A stretch of 36,550 nt of DNA from a virus. Taxonomy: Duplodnaviria; Caudoviricetes. Position numbers and translations under genes: made by a program. A model generated the notes under the pieces. That model worked only from the letters and a program-made list of their open reading frames with translations. It had not been told where the DNA came from and ran no database searches. Below are positions 36,291-36,550 of this stretch, one piece after another. Each line of letters opens with the position of its first letter. Position 1 is the stretch's first letter. The stretch is from the IMG/VR virus record IMGVR_UViG_3300032290_001420, positions 1 through 36,550 of that record. One strand, 5' to 3'.

Positions 36291-36550
36291 ATGTTAAAAA
36301 CTCGAGAAATTGCAGATAGAAAAAAAATAAGTCGTCAAGAAACTATCGAATTATTAAATGAACATAAAGAAGCATTATTTAAAGACATATCTAACAATGT
36401 ATCTTATAGACAAATCGCAGAAAATTTTAATATTCATTTAACAAATTTACATCACTATTTAAATCTAGAAGAAAATCAGCAAGCAAAAGATTTAGCTCTA
36501 AAAATAGCTTCTTACGATATGCTAGACAACGCAGAAAGCGAATTGCACAA
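36291..36550 (+). CDS. Probable terminase small subunit, 3'-truncated (not in ORF track)
   Basis: Open from ATG 36291 to the window end: MLKTREIAD...VSYRQIAENFNIHLTNLHHYL (HTH-like)...; position is upstream of where terL and the portal start would lie. Confidence 0.65.
   Translation, partial: MLKTREIADRKKISRQETIELLNEHKEALFKDISNNVSYRQIAENFNIHLTNLHHYLNLEENQQAKDLALKIASYDMLDNAESELH

Noticed and set aside
1-36550. Alternative genetic code (stop-codon recoding)
   Set aside because: Long genes are intact under the standard code, and TAA, TAG and TGA all occur as stops.

Overview
The window is most of the genome of an AT-rich tailed dsDNA phage, cut inside the portal gene at the left edge and inside the probable small terminase gene at the right edge; the large terminase is presumably in the missing segment. 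The + strand (1-17.7 kb) carries a T7/BPP-1-like podovirus morphogenesis module: portal, scaffold, capsid, cement, tail tubular A and B, three internal virion proteins and a tail fibre. A Gram-negative lysis cassette (holin, overlapping spanins, DUF5675-type endolysin) and a signal-peptide thermonuclease follow it. The - strand (17.7-35.4 kb) is a lambdoid-style early arm driven by sigma70-like promoters. It encodes an ArdC-like protein, a replication initiator with internal iterons, DnaB, a DNA methyltransferase, RecT/YqaJ/NinB, a VRR-NUC nuclease and many small hypothetical proteins. I recognise no RNA polymerase, DNA polymerase, integrase or repressor. The most notable items are: (1) a ~410-nt structured leader on the replication operon, in which a kissing loop competes with an anti-Shine-Dalgarno pairing; (2) two tandem CAU tRNAs followed by two unassigned structured RNAs; (3) a TTAACTT motif placed just upstream of about 15 start codons that have no SD; (4) host-type genes, namely a BioH-like esterase, a stand-alone receiver domain and an orphan HicB. 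All protein calls come from motif recognition and gene order, and RNA structures were paired by eye. No searches were run.
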